From Rhodospirillales bacterium (GTDB lineage Bacteria; Pseudomonadota; Alphaproteobacteria; Rhodospirillales; JASLLZ01), in NCBI GenBank assembly GCA_030746775.1, contig JASLLZ010000003.1, positions 7,435 through 71,434 of the forward strand: a stretch of 64,000 nt of DNA. Direction: 5' to 3'. Every line of letters starts with the position of its first letter. Within the stretch, counting starts at the first letter, position 1. The translations under genes and the position numbers were made by a program. This document shows positions 11,755-22,229 of the stretch, in pieces. The notes below the pieces were generated by a model that saw nothing but the letters and a program-made list of their open reading frames with translations, was not told the DNA's origin and made no database searches.

Positions 11755-13104
11755 TCACGGGCTGAGGGGCGACCATGCCGGATCGGAGGCGTCAAGCGGC
11801 GTGACGATTTCCCGTTCGTTTTCACCCGTCAGGTCGATGGAAAAGAGGCGCGAGCGCCCGCCCTTGCCTTTCGTGTCCGACGGTTCCTGGCGGAAATACA
11901 TGAGGACGCGGCCGTTGGGCGCCCAGGTCGGCCCCTCGACCAGAAAGCCTTCGGCGAGTTGTCTCTCGCCGCTGCCATCGGGACGCATGACACCAATGAA
12001 GAAGCGCCCGCCCCGGATTTTGGTAAAGGCGATGAGATCGCCGCGCGGCGACCAGGTGGGCGTCGCGTAGCGACCCTTGCCGTAACTGATGCGGCGCACG
12101 TTGCCGCCGCTGGAATCCATGACATAGAGCTGCTGGCTGCCGCCGCGGTCGGAGTTGAAGACGATCTGGCCGGCATCGGGCGAATAGCTGGGCGAGGTGT
12201 CGATCGCGGAATGAAACGTCAGCCGTTTGACGGCGCGGGTGCTGAGATCCATCGCATAAATTTCCGAGTTGCCGTCCTGGGCCATGCTCAAGATGACCCG
12301 CTTGCCGTCGGGCGAGAACCGCGGGGCAAAAGTCATGCCCTTGAATTCGCCCAGTATCTCCTGCCGCGCGGTATCGATGTTGAAGAGATAAACGCGGGGC
12401 GTGTTGCTGAAGTAAGACAGATAAGTGATCTCTTGCAGGGTCGGTGAGAAGCGCGGCGTCAACACCAGGTTATGGCCCTCGGTGAGGAACTTATGGTTCT
12501 CGCCGTCCTGGTCCATGATCGCCAGGCGCTTGACGCGGCGGTCGGGAGGACCGCGCTCGGCGATGTAGACGATGCGGGTGTCGAAGTAGCCGTCCTCGCC
12601 GGTGATCCGCTTGTAAACGGCGTCGGCGATGAGATGAGCCACGCGCCGCCAACCGGCCTGCTCCGCGGTATAGGCGAGGCCCTCCATCTGCTGCTCGGCA
12701 AACACGTCCCACAGGCGGAATTGAACGCGCAGCCGGCCGTCTTCGACGACCTGGGCCTGACCCTGAATCAGGGCCTGGGCATTGATCACCCGCCACGAGG
12801 CGAACTGGGGCAGGGTACTCAACGATTCCGCCGTCTGGATGAAGGCCTGGCGGTCGATCGAATAAAACAGGCCCGAGCGTTCCAGGTCGGCCGAGACGAC
12901 GCTCGATATGTCACGGCCAAAGCGGACCTCATCGGGCGTCGTGCCGAGGAAGTTCGTGACCGCGATGGGCAACGGTTCCACCGTGCCCTGGGTTATGTCG
13001 ATCCTCAGTTCGGCGGCCGCCGGCGCCACGGCGCCGACCATCGCGATGAGAGCGAGGACCGGGGTCCGGGACAGGAGCCGTCGGGGCCAGCATTTCGATC
13101 TCAT
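11755..13104 (-). CDS. tolB: Tol-Pal system beta-propeller protein TolB
   Basis: TolB N-domain plus repeated propeller blades (PxWSPDG-like: [26 protein letters not shown]). ATG 13104 overlaps the tolA stop (ATGA). The ORF could extend to 13152. Confidence 0.92.
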   Translation of the reverse strand: MRSKCWPRRLLSRTPVLALIAMVGAVAPAAAELRIDITQGTVEPLPIAVTNFLGTTPDEVRFGRDISSVVSADLERSGLFYSIDRQAFIQTAESLSTLPQFASWRVINAQALIQGQAQVVEDGRLRVQFRLWDVFAEQQMEGLAYTAEQAGWRRVAHLIADAVYKRITGEDGYFDTRIVYIAERGPPDRRVKRLAIMDQDGENHKFLTEGHNLVLTPRFSPTLQEITYLSYFSNTPRVYLFNIDTARQEILGEFKGMTFAPRFSPDGKRVILSMAQDGNSEIYAMDLSTRAVKRLTFHSAIDTSPSYSPDAGQIVFNSDRGGSQQLYVMDSSGGNVRRISYGKGRYATPTWSPRGDLIAFTKIRGGRFFIGVMRPDGSGERQLAEGFLVEGPTWAPNGRVLMYFRQEPSDTKGKGGRSRLFSIDLTGENEREIVTPLDASDPAWSPLSP

Positions 13105-13982
13105 GTTCCGAACATCTCCCGGGGATTGAAGGTCAGGGTCATGGTCTGCCATTGGTCGTACTTTTCACGCGGTAATTTGAGCGGACTGCAGCGCGGATTC
13201 AAGACCGCGCGCAACGCGCTCTCGGCGGCGGCGCGGAAAAACCCGTCGGTGCGCAGGCGTGCTTGGTTCTGGATGCGGGCCTCGCGCACCGTGCCGTCGG
13301 GATTCATCGCCACCCAAATTTCGATGATCAGGTCCTCGGCCTCCTTGGCCCCCGACGGCAGGTTCCAGCACCCGGCGATCTGGCGGCGCACCAGGTCGAT
13401 CTCGCTGATGGTCACCGGACGCGCGGCGTCATGGGGTTGCGCCGGGGTGGTAAGCACGCGCCCTATCCGATCTTCGAAGGTCTCGGGCTTGGGGGCCTTC
13501 TTTTTCTCCTCTTCCTTCTTGGCCGGCGGGGGCTGGCGACGTTTCAATTTTTCGACCGTCTTGAGAACCGAGGCGAAGGGATCGGGCGGTTTGGGCTTGC
13601 GCTTCGGCTTGACGGCCGCCAACTGAGGCGGCGCCTTGGGACGGGGCTTTGGTTTGGCCACGGGTTTTGGTTTTGGCTTGGGCTTGGGTTTGGGCTTGGG
13701 TTCCGGCGGCGGCGCCACAACGGCCACTTCTGGCTCCGGCTCGGGCTCGGGCGGCGGTGGCGGAGGGGGCGGCGCCGCGGCCTTGGGCGGCGGTGGCGGT
13801 GGCGGCGGCGGGGGCGGCGTCTCGGCCTTGGGCGGCTCGGGCGTCTCCTTGACCTTGGGCGGCGGCGGTGGCGGCGCATTGGTAACCTCGGCCACGGTCA
13901 CCACCTCGATGATCACCGGCGTCGCGACCATGGGCGGCGGCTTGCGCAATTGCGGCAGGCCGACGTAGCCAATCACCATCAC
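13101..13982 (-). CDS. tolA: TolA (Pro/Lys-rich envelope-spanning protein with a TonB/TolA-like C-terminal domain)
   Basis: Sits between tolR and tolB. Long PPPP/KPKP spacer. The hydrophobic anchor appears to continue upstream of the first GTG/ATG (see finding), so the true start may be near 14006-14033. Confidence 0.75.
   Translation of the reverse strand: MMVIGYVGLPQLRKPPPMVATPVIIEVVTVAEVTNAPPPPPPKVKETPEPPKAETPPPPPPPPPPPKAAAPPPPPPPPEPEPEPEVAVVAPPPEPKPKPKPKPKPKPVAKPKPRPKAPPQLAAVKPKRKPKPPDPFASVLKTVEKLKRRQPPPAKKEEEKKKAPKPETFEDRIGRVLTTPAQPHDAARPVTISEIDLVRRQIAGCWNLPSGAKEAEDLIIEIWVAMNPDGTVREARIQNQARLRTDGFFRAAAESALRAVLNPRCSPLKLPREKYDQWQTMTLTFNPREMFGT
13663..13704. repeat. imperfect hexanucleotide run (GGYTTK x7) encoding (KP)n inside tolA
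   Basis: ggtttt ggtttt ggcttg ggcttg ggtttg ggcttg ggttcc, read directly from the sequence. It is flanked by GGC/GGT runs encoding poly-Pro. Confidence 0.8.
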
Positions 13983-14042
13983 CGCGACGTGGGCGGCGAT
14001 GGACAGGGCGAAGCTTTTTTGTAAAGAGCCTATTTCGGCCTC

Positions 14043-14501
14043 TCATCTTTCTCTTTTTTTGGTCGCCTGGGCGCCGGGCATCTGGGCGACCAACGCCACC
14101 TTGCGGAATCCGGCGGCGTTTATCGTCCCCATGACCTCCATGACGCGTCCATAGGAAATCGCCTTGTCGCCGCGCACGAAGATGCGAACGTCCGGGTTGT
14201 TGCCGGTGATGGCGGCGAGGCGCGGCGCCAGGGCCGCCAATTCCAATTCGGTTTCCTGCAAGAAAATGGTCCCCTCGCCATTGACCGAGATGGTCAGCGG
14301 TTCGTCGAAGCCGGGGATGAGGGAGGCTTTGGTCTTGGGCAAGTCGACCTGGACGCCAACGGTAAGCAACGGCGCCGTCACCATGAAGATGACCAAGAGC
14401 ACCAGCATCACATCGACCATCGGGGTGACGTTGATCTCGCTCATCGGCCGCGTGCGCTGGCGCCGGTGGCTGCGCAACGAGGTCTGGATTGACGCCACCA
14501 T
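14043..14501 (-). CDS. tolR: TolR (ExbD/TolR family)
   Basis: MSEINVTPMVDVMLVLLVIFMV is the ExbD/TolR TM motif with the conserved Asp. ATG 14501 lies 2 nt after the tolQ stop. The longer ORF, reaching 14744, overlaps tolQ. Confidence 0.9.
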   Translation of the reverse strand: MVASIQTSLRSHRRQRTRPMSEINVTPMVDVMLVLLVIFMVTAPLLTVGVQVDLPKTKASLIPGFDEPLTISVNGEGTIFLQETELELAALAPRLAAITGNNPDVRIFVRGDKAISYGRVMEVMGTINAAGFRKVALVAQMPGAQATKKRER

Positions 14502-14503
14502 GG

Positions 14504-15235
14504 TCAGTCCCGCTCCTCCATCTGGCGCGACAGGATGGCCGCGAACTCGCTGGCGAAAGTTTCGAGACGGCCGGCGTATCGATCCAGGTCCTTGGACAGC
14601 TTGTTGTAGGCGATCACCGCCGGGATCGCCGCCAACAGCCCGAGCGCCGTGGCGAACAAGGCCTCGGCGATGCCCGGCGCGACAACGGCGAGGCTGGTGT
14701 TCTTGGTCAGGGCGATGGCCTGGAAGCTGTTCATGATGCCCCATACCGTGCCAAAGAGGCCGATAAACGGCGCCGTCGCCCCGGTCGAGGCGAGGAACGT
14801 CATGTAGCGCTCGACCCGTTCCATCTCGCGCGCCACGGTGATATGCATGACCCGGTCGATACGCTGCTCGAGGACGCCGCGCAGGTCAGACGATGAGGCC
14901 TGGCCCTTGACCACCGAGCGCCGCCACTCCTGCATGGCGGCAACGAACGTCGCGGTCATGGGATCGCGCGGCTGTGTCCCGATGCGGTCGAACAGATCGT
15001 CGAGCGAGCCGCCGGACCAAAACGAGGTCTCGAAGGCCGTCGCCCAGGCGTTGAGCCGGCGCAGCCACAGGACCTTCTCGATGATGATCGCCCAGCACCA
15101 GACCGACGCGATAAGAAGGATAACAATGACCGCTTTGACGATTACGTCGGCGCGCAGGAACAACGCCCAGACCGAGAAATCCAGGGCCGCCACCGATTCG
15201 CCGAGGGTCACCGTTTCAATTACGCTGTTTTCCAT
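14504..15235 (-). CDS. tolQ: TolQ (MotA/TolQ/ExbB proton channel)
   Basis: 243 aa with three TM segments. PFIGLFGTVWGIM...GIAEALFATALGL is the family signature. Confidence 0.93.
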   Translation of the reverse strand: MENSVIETVTLGESVAALDFSVWALFLRADVIVKAVIVILLIASVWCWAIIIEKVLWLRRLNAWATAFETSFWSGGSLDDLFDRIGTQPRDPMTATFVAAMQEWRRSVVKGQASSSDLRGVLEQRIDRVMHITVAREMERVERYMTFLASTGATAPFIGLFGTVWGIMNSFQAIALTKNTSLAVVAPGIAEALFATALGLLAAIPAVIAYNKLSKDLDRYAGRLETFASEFAAILSRQMEERD

Positions 15236-15670
15236 TCATTCGATCCGCTGGTTCGTGTTCAAGCATTCAAGGAAACCTGTCCGCACAACCGCGGGTAGAC
15301 GGGTCGGCCGGCCGTCCGGGTTCATGCACACCAGGCGCAGGTTCATGTTGACCAGGTCGGTGCCGTCGCGCCGTACCGACTGCTCGGCGGTAAGGCTGCC
15401 GCCGCCGACCTCGACGATGCGCGTATGGACTTCAAGGCGGTCGTCCAGGCGTCCCGGCTTCATGTAATCGACCGTGCAATGGCGGACCGCGAAGGCGATG
15501 CCATTTTCGGCCATCAATTGGGATTGGTTGACGCCCATGTCACGCAACATCTCGGTGCGCGCCCTCTCGGCGAAGCGCAGGTAGTTGGCGTAATAGACGA
15601 TGCCGCCGGCGTCCGTGTCCTCGTAATAGACGCGCAGCGGAAAGACGTGAATGCCTTGCGGGTCAGCCAT
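15236..15670 (-). CDS. ybgC: Tol-Pal-associated acyl-CoA thioesterase YbgC (4HBT family)
   Basis: [21 protein letters not shown] hot-dog fold motif. Lies immediately upstream of tolQ. I chose the start at ATG 15670 to avoid overlapping ruvB. Confidence 0.85.
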   Translation of the reverse strand: MADPQGIHVFPLRVYYEDTDAGGIVYYANYLRFAERARTEMLRDMGVNQSQLMAENGIAFAVRHCTVDYMKPGRLDDRLEVHTRIVEVGGGSLTAEQSVRRDGTDLVNMNLRLVCMNPDGRPTRLPAVVRTGFLECLNTNQRIE

Positions 15671-16709
15671 CGCCGGCCTCCGCGTCGGCAATCATATCAA
15701 GTTGGGCGGCGGTGCTCGGCGGCGCCAGACCAAGGTGGCGGTAAGCGGACTCGGTAAGCATCCGGCCGCGCGGCGTGCGCATGAGGAACCCTTGTTGGAT
15801 AAGAAAGGGTTCGATGACTTCCTCGATGGTGTCGCGCTGTTCCGACAACGCCGCCGCCATGGTCTCCACTCCGACCGGTCCGCCGCCGTAGTTCTCGGCG
15901 ATGCAGCCGAGATAACGGCGGTCCATGGCGTCGAGTCCACTGCTGTCGACCTCCAGGCGGTTGAGCGCCACGTCGGCGGCGGCGGCATCCACCGCCGCGC
16001 CGCCGTCGATGGCGGCGAAGTCGCGCACCCGCCGCAACAGGCGGCCCGCCACCCGGGGCGTGCCGCGCGAACGGCGCGCGATCTCGACGGCGCCGTCGGG
16101 GGTCAGCTCGAGACCGAGGACCCGGGCGGCGCGGCGCACGATGTCTTCCAGTTCCTCGGCCGTGTAGAAAACGACGCGGAGCGGAATGCCGAAGCGTTCG
16201 CGCAAGGGCGTCGTGATCAGGCCGGCGCGGGTCGTGGCGCCAATCAGGGTGAACGGCGGCAGGTCGATGCGGATCGAGCGCGCCGCCGGACCCTCGCCGA
16301 TCATCAGGTCAAGCTGGAAGTCCTCCATGGCCGGATAGAGGATTTCCTCGACGGCGGGGGCAAGGCGGTGCATCTCGTCGATGAAAAGCACGTCGCGCGG
16401 CTGCAGGTTGGTGAGGATCGCCGCCAGGTCCCCGGCCTTGGTGATCACCGGCCCCGAGGTAGCGCGGAAGCCGACGCCCAGCTCGCGGGCGACGATCTGG
16501 GCCAAGGTCGTTTTGCCCAATCCCGGCGGTCCGTGAAAGAAGACGTGATCCAGGGCCTCGCCGCGGGCGCGCGCGGCGTCGATGAAGACACGCAGGTTCC
16601 GGCACAGCTTTTCCTGGCCGACGAACTCGTCGAGGACGGCGGGCCGCAGGCTGGCCTCGGGCGCGTCGCTCGCCTCCTCTTCGGGTGCCACGACCCGGTC
16701 CTCGCTCAT
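15663..16709 (-). CDS. ruvB: Holliday junction branch migration helicase RuvB
   Basis: 348 aa starting MSEDRVV. Walker [10 protein letters not shown], Walker B LFIDEMHR, and [17 protein letters not shown] overlap with the ruvA stop. Confidence 0.95.
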   Translation of the reverse strand: MSEDRVVAPEEEASDAPEASLRPAVLDEFVGQEKLCRNLRVFIDAARARGEALDHVFFHGPPGLGKTTLAQIVARELGVGFRATSGPVITKAGDLAAILTNLQPRDVLFIDEMHRLAPAVEEILYPAMEDFQLDLMIGEGPAARSIRIDLPPFTLIGATTRAGLITTPLRERFGIPLRVVFYTAEELEDIVRRAARVLGLELTPDGAVEIARRSRGTPRVAGRLLRRVRDFAAIDGGAAVDAAAADVALNRLEVDSSGLDAMDRRYLGCIAENYGGGPVGVETMAAALSEQRDTIEEVIEPFLIQQGFLMRTPRGRMLTESAYRHLGLAPPSTAAQLDMIADAEAGDG

Positions 16710-17326
16710 GGGCCATGCTCCTTCGGCGCCAGTTCGGCCAAGCCCGACCGGATCAGCGCCTCGACATCGGCCGCCGCCCCCAAACGGCGCGTCGCGTGAG
16801 CCACCGCCGCGTAGGATTCGGACGCGCCGTAGCCCAGGTTGACCAGGGCCGAAACGGCGTCGGTGGCCGTGGCGCCGACGGCGCCGCCGGCCGCGTCGTC
16901 GGCCAGCGCCGCCGGGCCGAGGGCGATGTCGCCCACCTTGTCCTTCAATTCGCTCAAGATACGGACCGCCAGCTTGCTCCCCACCCCGGCGGCCTGGGTC
17001 AGGGCCGCCCGGTCGCCGGCCGCGATGGCGGGCATCAACTGGTCGGGGGCAAGCACGGAGAGGATGGCCAGCGCCACCTTCGAGCCGACGCCTTGCACCG
17101 TCATCAGGATACGGAACCAGTCGCGCTCCACCGCATCGCTGAAGCCGTACAGATGGATGTGGTCTTCGCGCACGTGGGTCTCGATTTCCAAGGTGGCGGC
17201 CTCGCCCACCGCCAGACGGCCGAGCGTGGCGACCGAACCAAAGACCAGATAGCCGACACCGCCGACATCGATCACCGCCCAGTCCTCGCTGAGCGAATCG
17301 ACGATACCGGTAAGCTTGGCGATCAT
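16706..17326 (-). CDS. ruvA: Holliday junction DNA-binding protein RuvA
   Basis: [10 protein letters not shown]..., with HhH motifs ([31 protein letters not shown]). Confidence 0.93.
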   Translation of the reverse strand: MIAKLTGIVDSLSEDWAVIDVGGVGYLVFGSVATLGRLAVGEAATLEIETHVREDHIHLYGFSDAVERDWFRILMTVQGVGSKVALAILSVLAPDQLMPAIAAGDRAALTQAAGVGSKLAVRILSELKDKVGDIALGPAALADDAAGGAVGATATDAVSALVNLGYGASESYAAVAHATRRLGAAADVEALIRSGLAELAPKEHGP

Positions 17327-17826
17327 GATGCCGCCTCCAGGGCCGCCAGTCGGTTCCGGGTCGACCGGTGATGGGCGTGGCAGATGGCGACGGCCAGGGC
17401 GTCGGCGGCGTCGGCGCCGGCGATGGCGCAGCCGGGCAGCAAGATAGCGACCATGGCCTGGATTTGCTGCTTGGCGGCATGGCCGGTCCCGACCACCGTT
17501 TTCTTGACCAGGTTGGGCGAATATTCCGCCACCGCCAAGCCGGCGCGGGCGGCGGCCAGCAGCACGACGCCCCGCGCCTGGCCGAGCTTGAGGGTGGACA
17601 TCGGGTTGCGGTTGACGAAGGTCTCCTCGACGGCGGCCTCGTCGGGGCGGTAGCGCTCGATAACACCGGCCAGGCCGTCATGTATCTGGACCAGACGTTG
17701 GGCCAGGCCAAGGCCGCCTTGCGCCTCAACACAGCCGTTGGCGACGTGGCCAAGCCGGTTGTCCTCGCTGACGATGACGCCCCAGCCGGTGCGGCGCAAC
17801 CCCGGGTCCAAGCCAAGAAGCATCAT
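17323..17826 (-). CDS. ruvC: crossover junction endodeoxyribonuclease RuvC
   Basis: [15 protein letters not shown] at the N-terminus and the catalytic-residue pattern [13 protein letters not shown]. Confidence 0.93.
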   Translation of the reverse strand: MMLLGLDPGLRRTGWGVIVSEDNRLGHVANGCVEAQGGLGLAQRLVQIHDGLAGVIERYRPDEAAVEETFVNRNPMSTLKLGQARGVVLLAAARAGLAVAEYSPNLVKKTVVGTGHAAKQQIQAMVAILLPGCAIAGADAADALAVAICHAHHRSTRNRLAALEAAS

Positions 17827-17830
17827 GGCA

Positions 17831-18580
17831 TTACGCGCCCAGCCGTTCGAGAATTTCGTCGGCGACCTCGAAGTTCGTCGCCACCCGTTGCACGTCGTCG
17901 TTGTCGTCCAGGGCTTCCAAGAGCTTGAAAAGCGTTTCGGCGTCTTTTTCGCCGACCGGAATGGCGCTGCCGGGCTTCCAGTCCAGCCGCGCCGCCTGGG
18001 GCGCCCCGAACCGCGCCTCCAGGGCCTCGCGCACGGCGCTCAGGTCGTCGGGCGCGCAGGTGACCTCGTGGCCCTCATCGTTCGATTCGACGTCGTTGGC
18101 TCTGGCCTCCAGGGCGGCTTCGAACATGTCATCGGGGCTTGCCGCGGCGGCACCGAACTGGACCCGTCCGACGCGCTCGAAAAGGAAGCTGACGTTGCCG
18201 CTGTCGCCCAGGTTGCCGCCGTTCTTGTTGAACAACGTGCGCATCTCGGACGCGGTGCGGTTGCGGTTGTCGGTCAGGGTCTCAACAATCAGGGCGACGC
18301 CGCCCGGGCCGTACCCTTCGTAGCGGATTTCCTCGAAGTTGGCGCCGTCGTCGCCGCCGGCGCCGCGCCTGATGGCGCGCTCTATGTTGTCCTTGGGCAT
18401 GTTGGCGTTCTTGGCCGCGGCAATCGCCGAGCGCAGGCGCGGGTTTGCCTCGGGATCGGGAAGGCCCGACTTGGCGGCCACGGTCAATTCGCGAATGAGG
18501 CGCGAAAATATCTTGGCCCGCTTGGCGTCCTGCGCGCCCTTGCGGTACATGATATTCTTGAATTGTGAATGGCCGGCCAT
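17831..18580 (-). CDS. YebC/PmpR family DNA-binding transcriptional regulator
   Basis: [25 protein letters not shown] is the hallmark N-terminus. 249 aa. Confidence 0.93.
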   Translation of the reverse strand: MAGHSQFKNIMYRKGAQDAKRAKIFSRLIRELTVAAKSGLPDPEANPRLRSAIAAAKNANMPKDNIERAIRRGAGGDDGANFEEIRYEGYGPGGVALIVETLTDNRNRTASEMRTLFNKNGGNLGDSGNVSFLFERVGRVQFGAAAASPDDMFEAALEARANDVESNDEGHEVTCAPDDLSAVREALEARFGAPQAARLDWKPGSAIPVGEKDAETLFKLLEALDDNDDVQRVATNFEVADEILERLGA

Positions 18581-18718
18581 GATTGATTTCCGCCCCTAAC
18601 CGAAATCCTGTGGGGCACTCGCCCCGACTATACCATATATTGTGTGAGGCCCGAGCGATACCCCGTAGTCGCTAACAGAGCAATATGGCGAGAATGGGGC
18701 ACCGGGCGGGGCGGACGA

Positions 18719-19531
18719 TCACTCCGGCCAGGTTTCGGTCAGGTGGCCGCCGGTCCTTAGCGGCGCCACGCGGCGCGTCAGGCCGGTCTTGTCGTCGGTT
18801 TCCAGAAAGACGGCGCAGAGCGTCGCCTCGCCGGTTGCCGGTTCCAGGCGCCCGGCCGTGTCGTCATCCAAGAAGCGCCCGATGGCGGCTTCTTTCTTCA
18901 TGCCGATGACCGAATCGTAATCGCCGCACATGCCAAGGTCGGTCTGATAGGCGGTGCCGCCGGGCAGGATCCGCGTATCCGCCGTCGGCACGTGGGTATG
19001 GGTGCCGGTGACCATGGAGACACGGCCGTCGAGAAACTGGCCCATGGCCGCCTTCTCGCTGGTCGTCTCGGCATGAACGTCGACCAAGATGCAGTGCACG
19101 GTCTCGCCCAGGCGATGACGCCCAAGCGCCGCCTCGACCGCCCCGAACGGGTCGTCCACCGGGTCCATGTAAAGCCGGCCCATGGGATGGAGGACAAGGA
19201 CCCGGCGGCCGCCCGGTGCGTCGAAGACGCCGACGCCCCGTCCCGGCGTGCCCTGGGCGTAGTTCATCGGCCGCAAGAGCCGGGCATCGCCGTCGATGTA
19301 GTCGATGATCTCGCGGCGGTCCCAGACGTGGTTGCCGGTGGTGATGACGTCGACCCCGGCGGCGTAGAACTCCTGGCAAATCTTGGGCGTGATGCCGAAG
19401 CCGTGGGCCGCGTTCTCGCCGTTGGCGAGGACGAAATCAAGCTCAAGCCGGTCGCGCAACCGGGGCAGGTTTTCCTTGATCACGGTGCGTCCGGCCCGCC
19501 CCACCACGTCGCCGCAAAATAACACTCTCAT
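18719..19531 (-). CDS. YmdB-like (TIGR00282-type) metallophosphoesterase
   Basis: MRVLFCGDVVGRAGR...ANGENAAHGFGIT...TGNHVWD...GTHTHV metallophosphoesterase motifs. Confidence 0.85.
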   Translation of the reverse strand: MRVLFCGDVVGRAGRTVIKENLPRLRDRLELDFVLANGENAAHGFGITPKICQEFYAAGVDVITTGNHVWDRREIIDYIDGDARLLRPMNYAQGTPGRGVGVFDAPGGRRVLVLHPMGRLYMDPVDDPFGAVEAALGRHRLGETVHCILVDVHAETTSEKAAMGQFLDGRVSMVTGTHTHVPTADTRILPGGTAYQTDLGMCGDYDSVIGMKKEAAIGRFLDDDTAGRLEPATGEATLCAVFLETDDKTGLTRRVAPLRTGGHLTETWPE

Positions 19532-20175
19532 GACGGGGTCGCATTCATGACGGGAGTCGGGCCTCCTGGTTGATCGGCGGTAACTTGGATGGCGCCCTTT
19601 TCGGTGACGATCCAGTCGAGCCGTTGGTCATGGTCCGCGTCGGGGACCCGGTCCACCTGTTGGTCGGCAAAGGCGATGCCGACGGCCAGCACGGACCCGG
19701 CCCGGCGCAGGGCGGCCAGGGTGTAATCATAGTATCCCGCCCCGTGACCCAGCCGGACGCCCCGGTCATCGAAGCACAGGAGCGGCGCCAACACCACCTG
19801 GGGCGTCACCCGGGGTGCCGACCGCGGCAGCTCAAGGAGGCCGAAACCGGCGGGCTCCAACACGGTTTGCGGATGCCAGCGCCGGAAGTGGAGCGCCCGG
19901 CCGCGCCCGACGACCACCGGCAGGGCGCAGTCGAACCCTCGCCCGTGCAGATGGCGAAGCAGCGGGCGCGGATCCATTTCGGTTTCCATGGGCCAATAGC
20001 CGGCGACTGCCCGCCAGTCCTCATCGGGCGTCGAAGGCACCCCCATGGCCGCCCGCGCTGCCAGGAAATGATCCTTAAGCGCCTGGCCCGCGGTGCTGCC
20101 CACTTGTTCGGCGGCGGTACGGCGGCGGGCACGCGCGACGGTGCGAAGGCGCTCCTTTTCATCGTCGACGGGCAT
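19528..20175 (-). CDS. 5-formyltetrahydrofolate cyclo-ligase
   Basis: 215 aa from ATG 20175 (MPVDDEKE). LAPLLCFDDRGVRLGHGAGYYD is the family C-terminal motif. The stop overlaps the ymdB-like start. Confidence 0.85.
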   Translation of the reverse strand: MPVDDEKERLRTVARARRRTAAEQVGSTAGQALKDHFLAARAAMGVPSTPDEDWRAVAGYWPMETEMDPRPLLRHLHGRGFDCALPVVVGRGRALHFRRWHPQTVLEPAGFGLLELPRSAPRVTPQVVLAPLLCFDDRGVRLGHGAGYYDYTLAALRRAGSVLAVGIAFADQQVDRVPDADHDQRLDWIVTEKGAIQVTADQPGGPTPVMNATPS

Positions 20176-20199
20176 GGATGGGGAAACTTTCCGGTGGCG

Positions 20200-20390
20200 G
20201 TCAGGCGTCACCGCGAGCGATGGATGAATAAAGAGGCGGCGCCGCGAAAGCCGTTGGCCCCTTATTCCTCTGTGGCCTGCGTGTGCAGGTGGGCACCATA
20301 TACCGAGCCCACGAGCCCGGCAGGGACAGTTCCCGGTAGAAGAATATTGGCCCCAGGGATTTAATGGACCTGACAAACCCCGCAGCGTTC
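20200..20390 (-). ncRNA. ssrS: candidate 6S RNA (ssrS); boundaries approximate
   Basis: A 230-bp gap without a credible ORF lies between zapA and the 5-formyl-THF cyclo-ligase gene, which is the conserved ssrS position. Imperfect long-range pairings are visible, e.g. GGCCAAUAU...AUAUGGUGCC and GAAUAAGGGG...CCUCUUUAUUC. No covariance model was run. Confidence 0.45.
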
Positions 20391-20405
20391 GCCTCGGCCA
20401 ACAGT

Positions 20406-20735
20406 TTACGATTGTTCGAGGCGTTGAGCAATGTTTTCGATGCGTTCGGCCAGGGTATCGATATTGGCGATCATCGCCTCTTGGTCGCCCGGGCCGCCTG
20501 AATCGTCCGGTCCGTCCAATCCGTCGAGACGGGTGGCGGCGTCGGAAAGCTCGTCGGCGACCAACAGGCTGGCCATGACCAGCAAGCGGTCGTCGCCGAC
20601 CTGGCCAACCGCCGCCACCAGTTCGCCGACCCGCTTGTCGACATAGTCGGCCAGCCGCGTCAGGTTGGCTTCCTGTCCGTCGTCGCAAGCGATCTGATAG
20701 ATGCGGCCGTTTATGGTGACCGAGACCTGGGCCAA
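20406..20735 (-). CDS. zapA: cell division protein ZapA
   Basis: 109 aa. VSVTINGRIYQIACDDGQE...L..LA.YVD matches the ZapA N-terminal pattern. Confidence 0.85.
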   Translation of the reverse strand: MAQVSVTINGRIYQIACDDGQEANLTRLADYVDKRVGELVAAVGQVGDDRLLVMASLLVADELSDAATRLDGLDGPDDSGGPGDQEAMIANIDTLAERIENIAQRLEQS

Positions 20736-20740
20736 GAGAC

Positions 20741-21055
20741 TTATCCTTCCAGGATCGTCTTGAGGCGGCCGATGGCGGAATCCAGGCGGCCGGAGACGGC
20801 CCGGTTCAGCGTCGTCAGCCGGGCATTCTCCGCCTCGGCCGCCGCAAGCGAGGTGGCGAGCGCCGCGTCGCTCTCGCCGGATTTGTGGTCCCGCGCCTCA
20901 AGCGCCGCTTCAAGCCGCGTCACGGCCTTTTCCAGGCGTTCGCGGGGCCGTTCCAGACCGCCTTTATTGCGGGAATTCGCGGTAGCCACCAGTTCGTCTC
21001 CTCTTTCCCTGTCAAGATAGGACTCGTGCCCGGAACCCGTCAACCGTTTGCGCAT
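20741..21055 (-). CDS. small coiled-coil protein (DUF4164-like) upstream of zapA
   Basis: The 104-aa ORF is almost entirely heptad-like (LEKAVTRLEAALEA...ENARLTTLNRAVSGRLDSAIGRLKTILE). The start is uncertain. Confidence 0.55.
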   Translation of the reverse strand: MRKRLTGSGHESYLDRERGDELVATANSRNKGGLERPRERLEKAVTRLEAALEARDHKSGESDAALATSLAAAEAENARLTTLNRAVSGRLDSAIGRLKTILEG

Positions 21056-21221
21056 TTACATATTGCCAAGAACCGACACCGGCCCGCCGTCGCCCGGAGG
21101 CCAAGAAATCGCCATTGACGGGAACCGACAATCTGTCAATCTTGCTGTCGGCCGGTTGGCGGGACATCCCTCGTCGCTTGGCGAAAACAGTTAAACCCTT
21201 TCATCGTGGACGGAGGTCGGA

Positions 21222-22229
21222 ATGGCAATTCGCGTGGCAATTAATGGATTTGGCCGTATCGGCAGGCTGGTGCTGCGGGCCATCTTCGAATCCGGGCGCC
21301 GGGACATCAAAGTGGTGGCGGTCAACGATCTCGGCTCGGCGGAAGCCAACGCGCACCTTTTGAAGTACGACACCGTGCACGGCGTCTTTCCCTTCGACGT
21401 CAAGGTCAAGGGTGACAACCTGATGATCGGTCGAAACGCCGTCGCGGTGAGCGCCGAAACCAACCCCGCCAAGCTGGCATGGAGGAAGTTCAAGGTCGAC
21501 GTGGCTATGGAGTGCACCGGCCGCTTCACGGACCGCGCCTCGGCGGCTCAGCTTCTCAAGGCGGGGGCGAAAAAGGTCCTGGTCTCGGCGCCGGCCAAGG
21601 GGGCCGACCTGACCGTGGTCTACGGCATCAACCACGATCAGTTGAGGAAAAAACACAAGGTCGTCTCCAACGCCTCGTGCACCACCAACTGCCTGGTGCC
21701 GGTGGTCGACGTCCTTAACAAGGCGGTCGGCATCGAACGAGGCTTCATGACCACCATCCACGCCTATACCGGCGACCAGCGCACCGTCGACACCCTGCAC
21801 GGGGATTTGCGCCGGGCGCGCGCCGCGGCATCGTCGATGATCCCCACCTCGACGGGGGCGGCACGCGCCGTCGGCCTTGTCCTGCCCGAGATGGAGGGCC
21901 GTCTCGACGGCACCGCCATCCGCGTGCCGACGAATAATGTCTCGATGGTCGACCTGGCCTTCGACGCCGGCAGGGAAACCACGGCCGATGCGATCAACAG
22001 GGCCATTTCGCGCGCCGCCAGGGGGCGCCTCAAGGGCGTGCTGGGCACCAATGACGAGCCCCTGGTCTCGATCGACTTCAACCACAACCCACTGAGTTCG
22101 GTTTTCGATTTGACCCAGACCCAGGTTATCGGCGGCACCTTCGTGCGCGTCCTGACGTGGTACGACAACGAATGGGGCTTCTCAAACCGCATGGCCGACA
22201 CCGCCGTCGCCATGTCTAAGGCAACGTGA
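21222..22229 (+). CDS. gap: type I glyceraldehyde-3-phosphate dehydrogenase
   Basis: INGFGRIGR and the active site SNASCTTNCL. 335 aa. Confidence 0.96.
   Translation: MAIRVAINGFGRIGRLVLRAIFESGRRDIKVVAVNDLGSAEANAHLLKYDTVHGVFPFDVKVKGDNLMIGRNAVAVSAETNPAKLAWRKFKVDVAMECTGRFTDRASAAQLLKAGAKKVLVSAPAKGADLTVVYGINHDQLRKKHKVVSNASCTTNCLVPVVDVLNKAVGIERGFMTTIHAYTGDQRTVDTLHGDLRRARAAASSMIPTSTGAARAVGLVLPEMEGRLDGTAIRVPTNNVSMVDLAFDAGRETTADAINRAISRAARGRLKGVLGTNDEPLVSIDFNHNPLSSVFDLTQTQVIGGTFVRVLTWYDNEWGFSNRMADTAVAMSKAT

Noticed and set aside
13636-13870. Possible CRISPR or other non-coding repeat array in GC-rich periodic sequence (also 25200-25500 and 32913-33062)
   Set aside because: All three lie inside ORFs and encode Pro/Lys/Ala low-complexity linkers. 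They have no unique spacers and no cas genes.
15663-17816. Single 717-aa ORF spanning the whole ruv region
   Set aside because: Only the last 348 codons (from ATG 16709) are RuvB. The upstream part is an out-of-frame run through ruvA and ruvC, which are clearly encoded in other frames.
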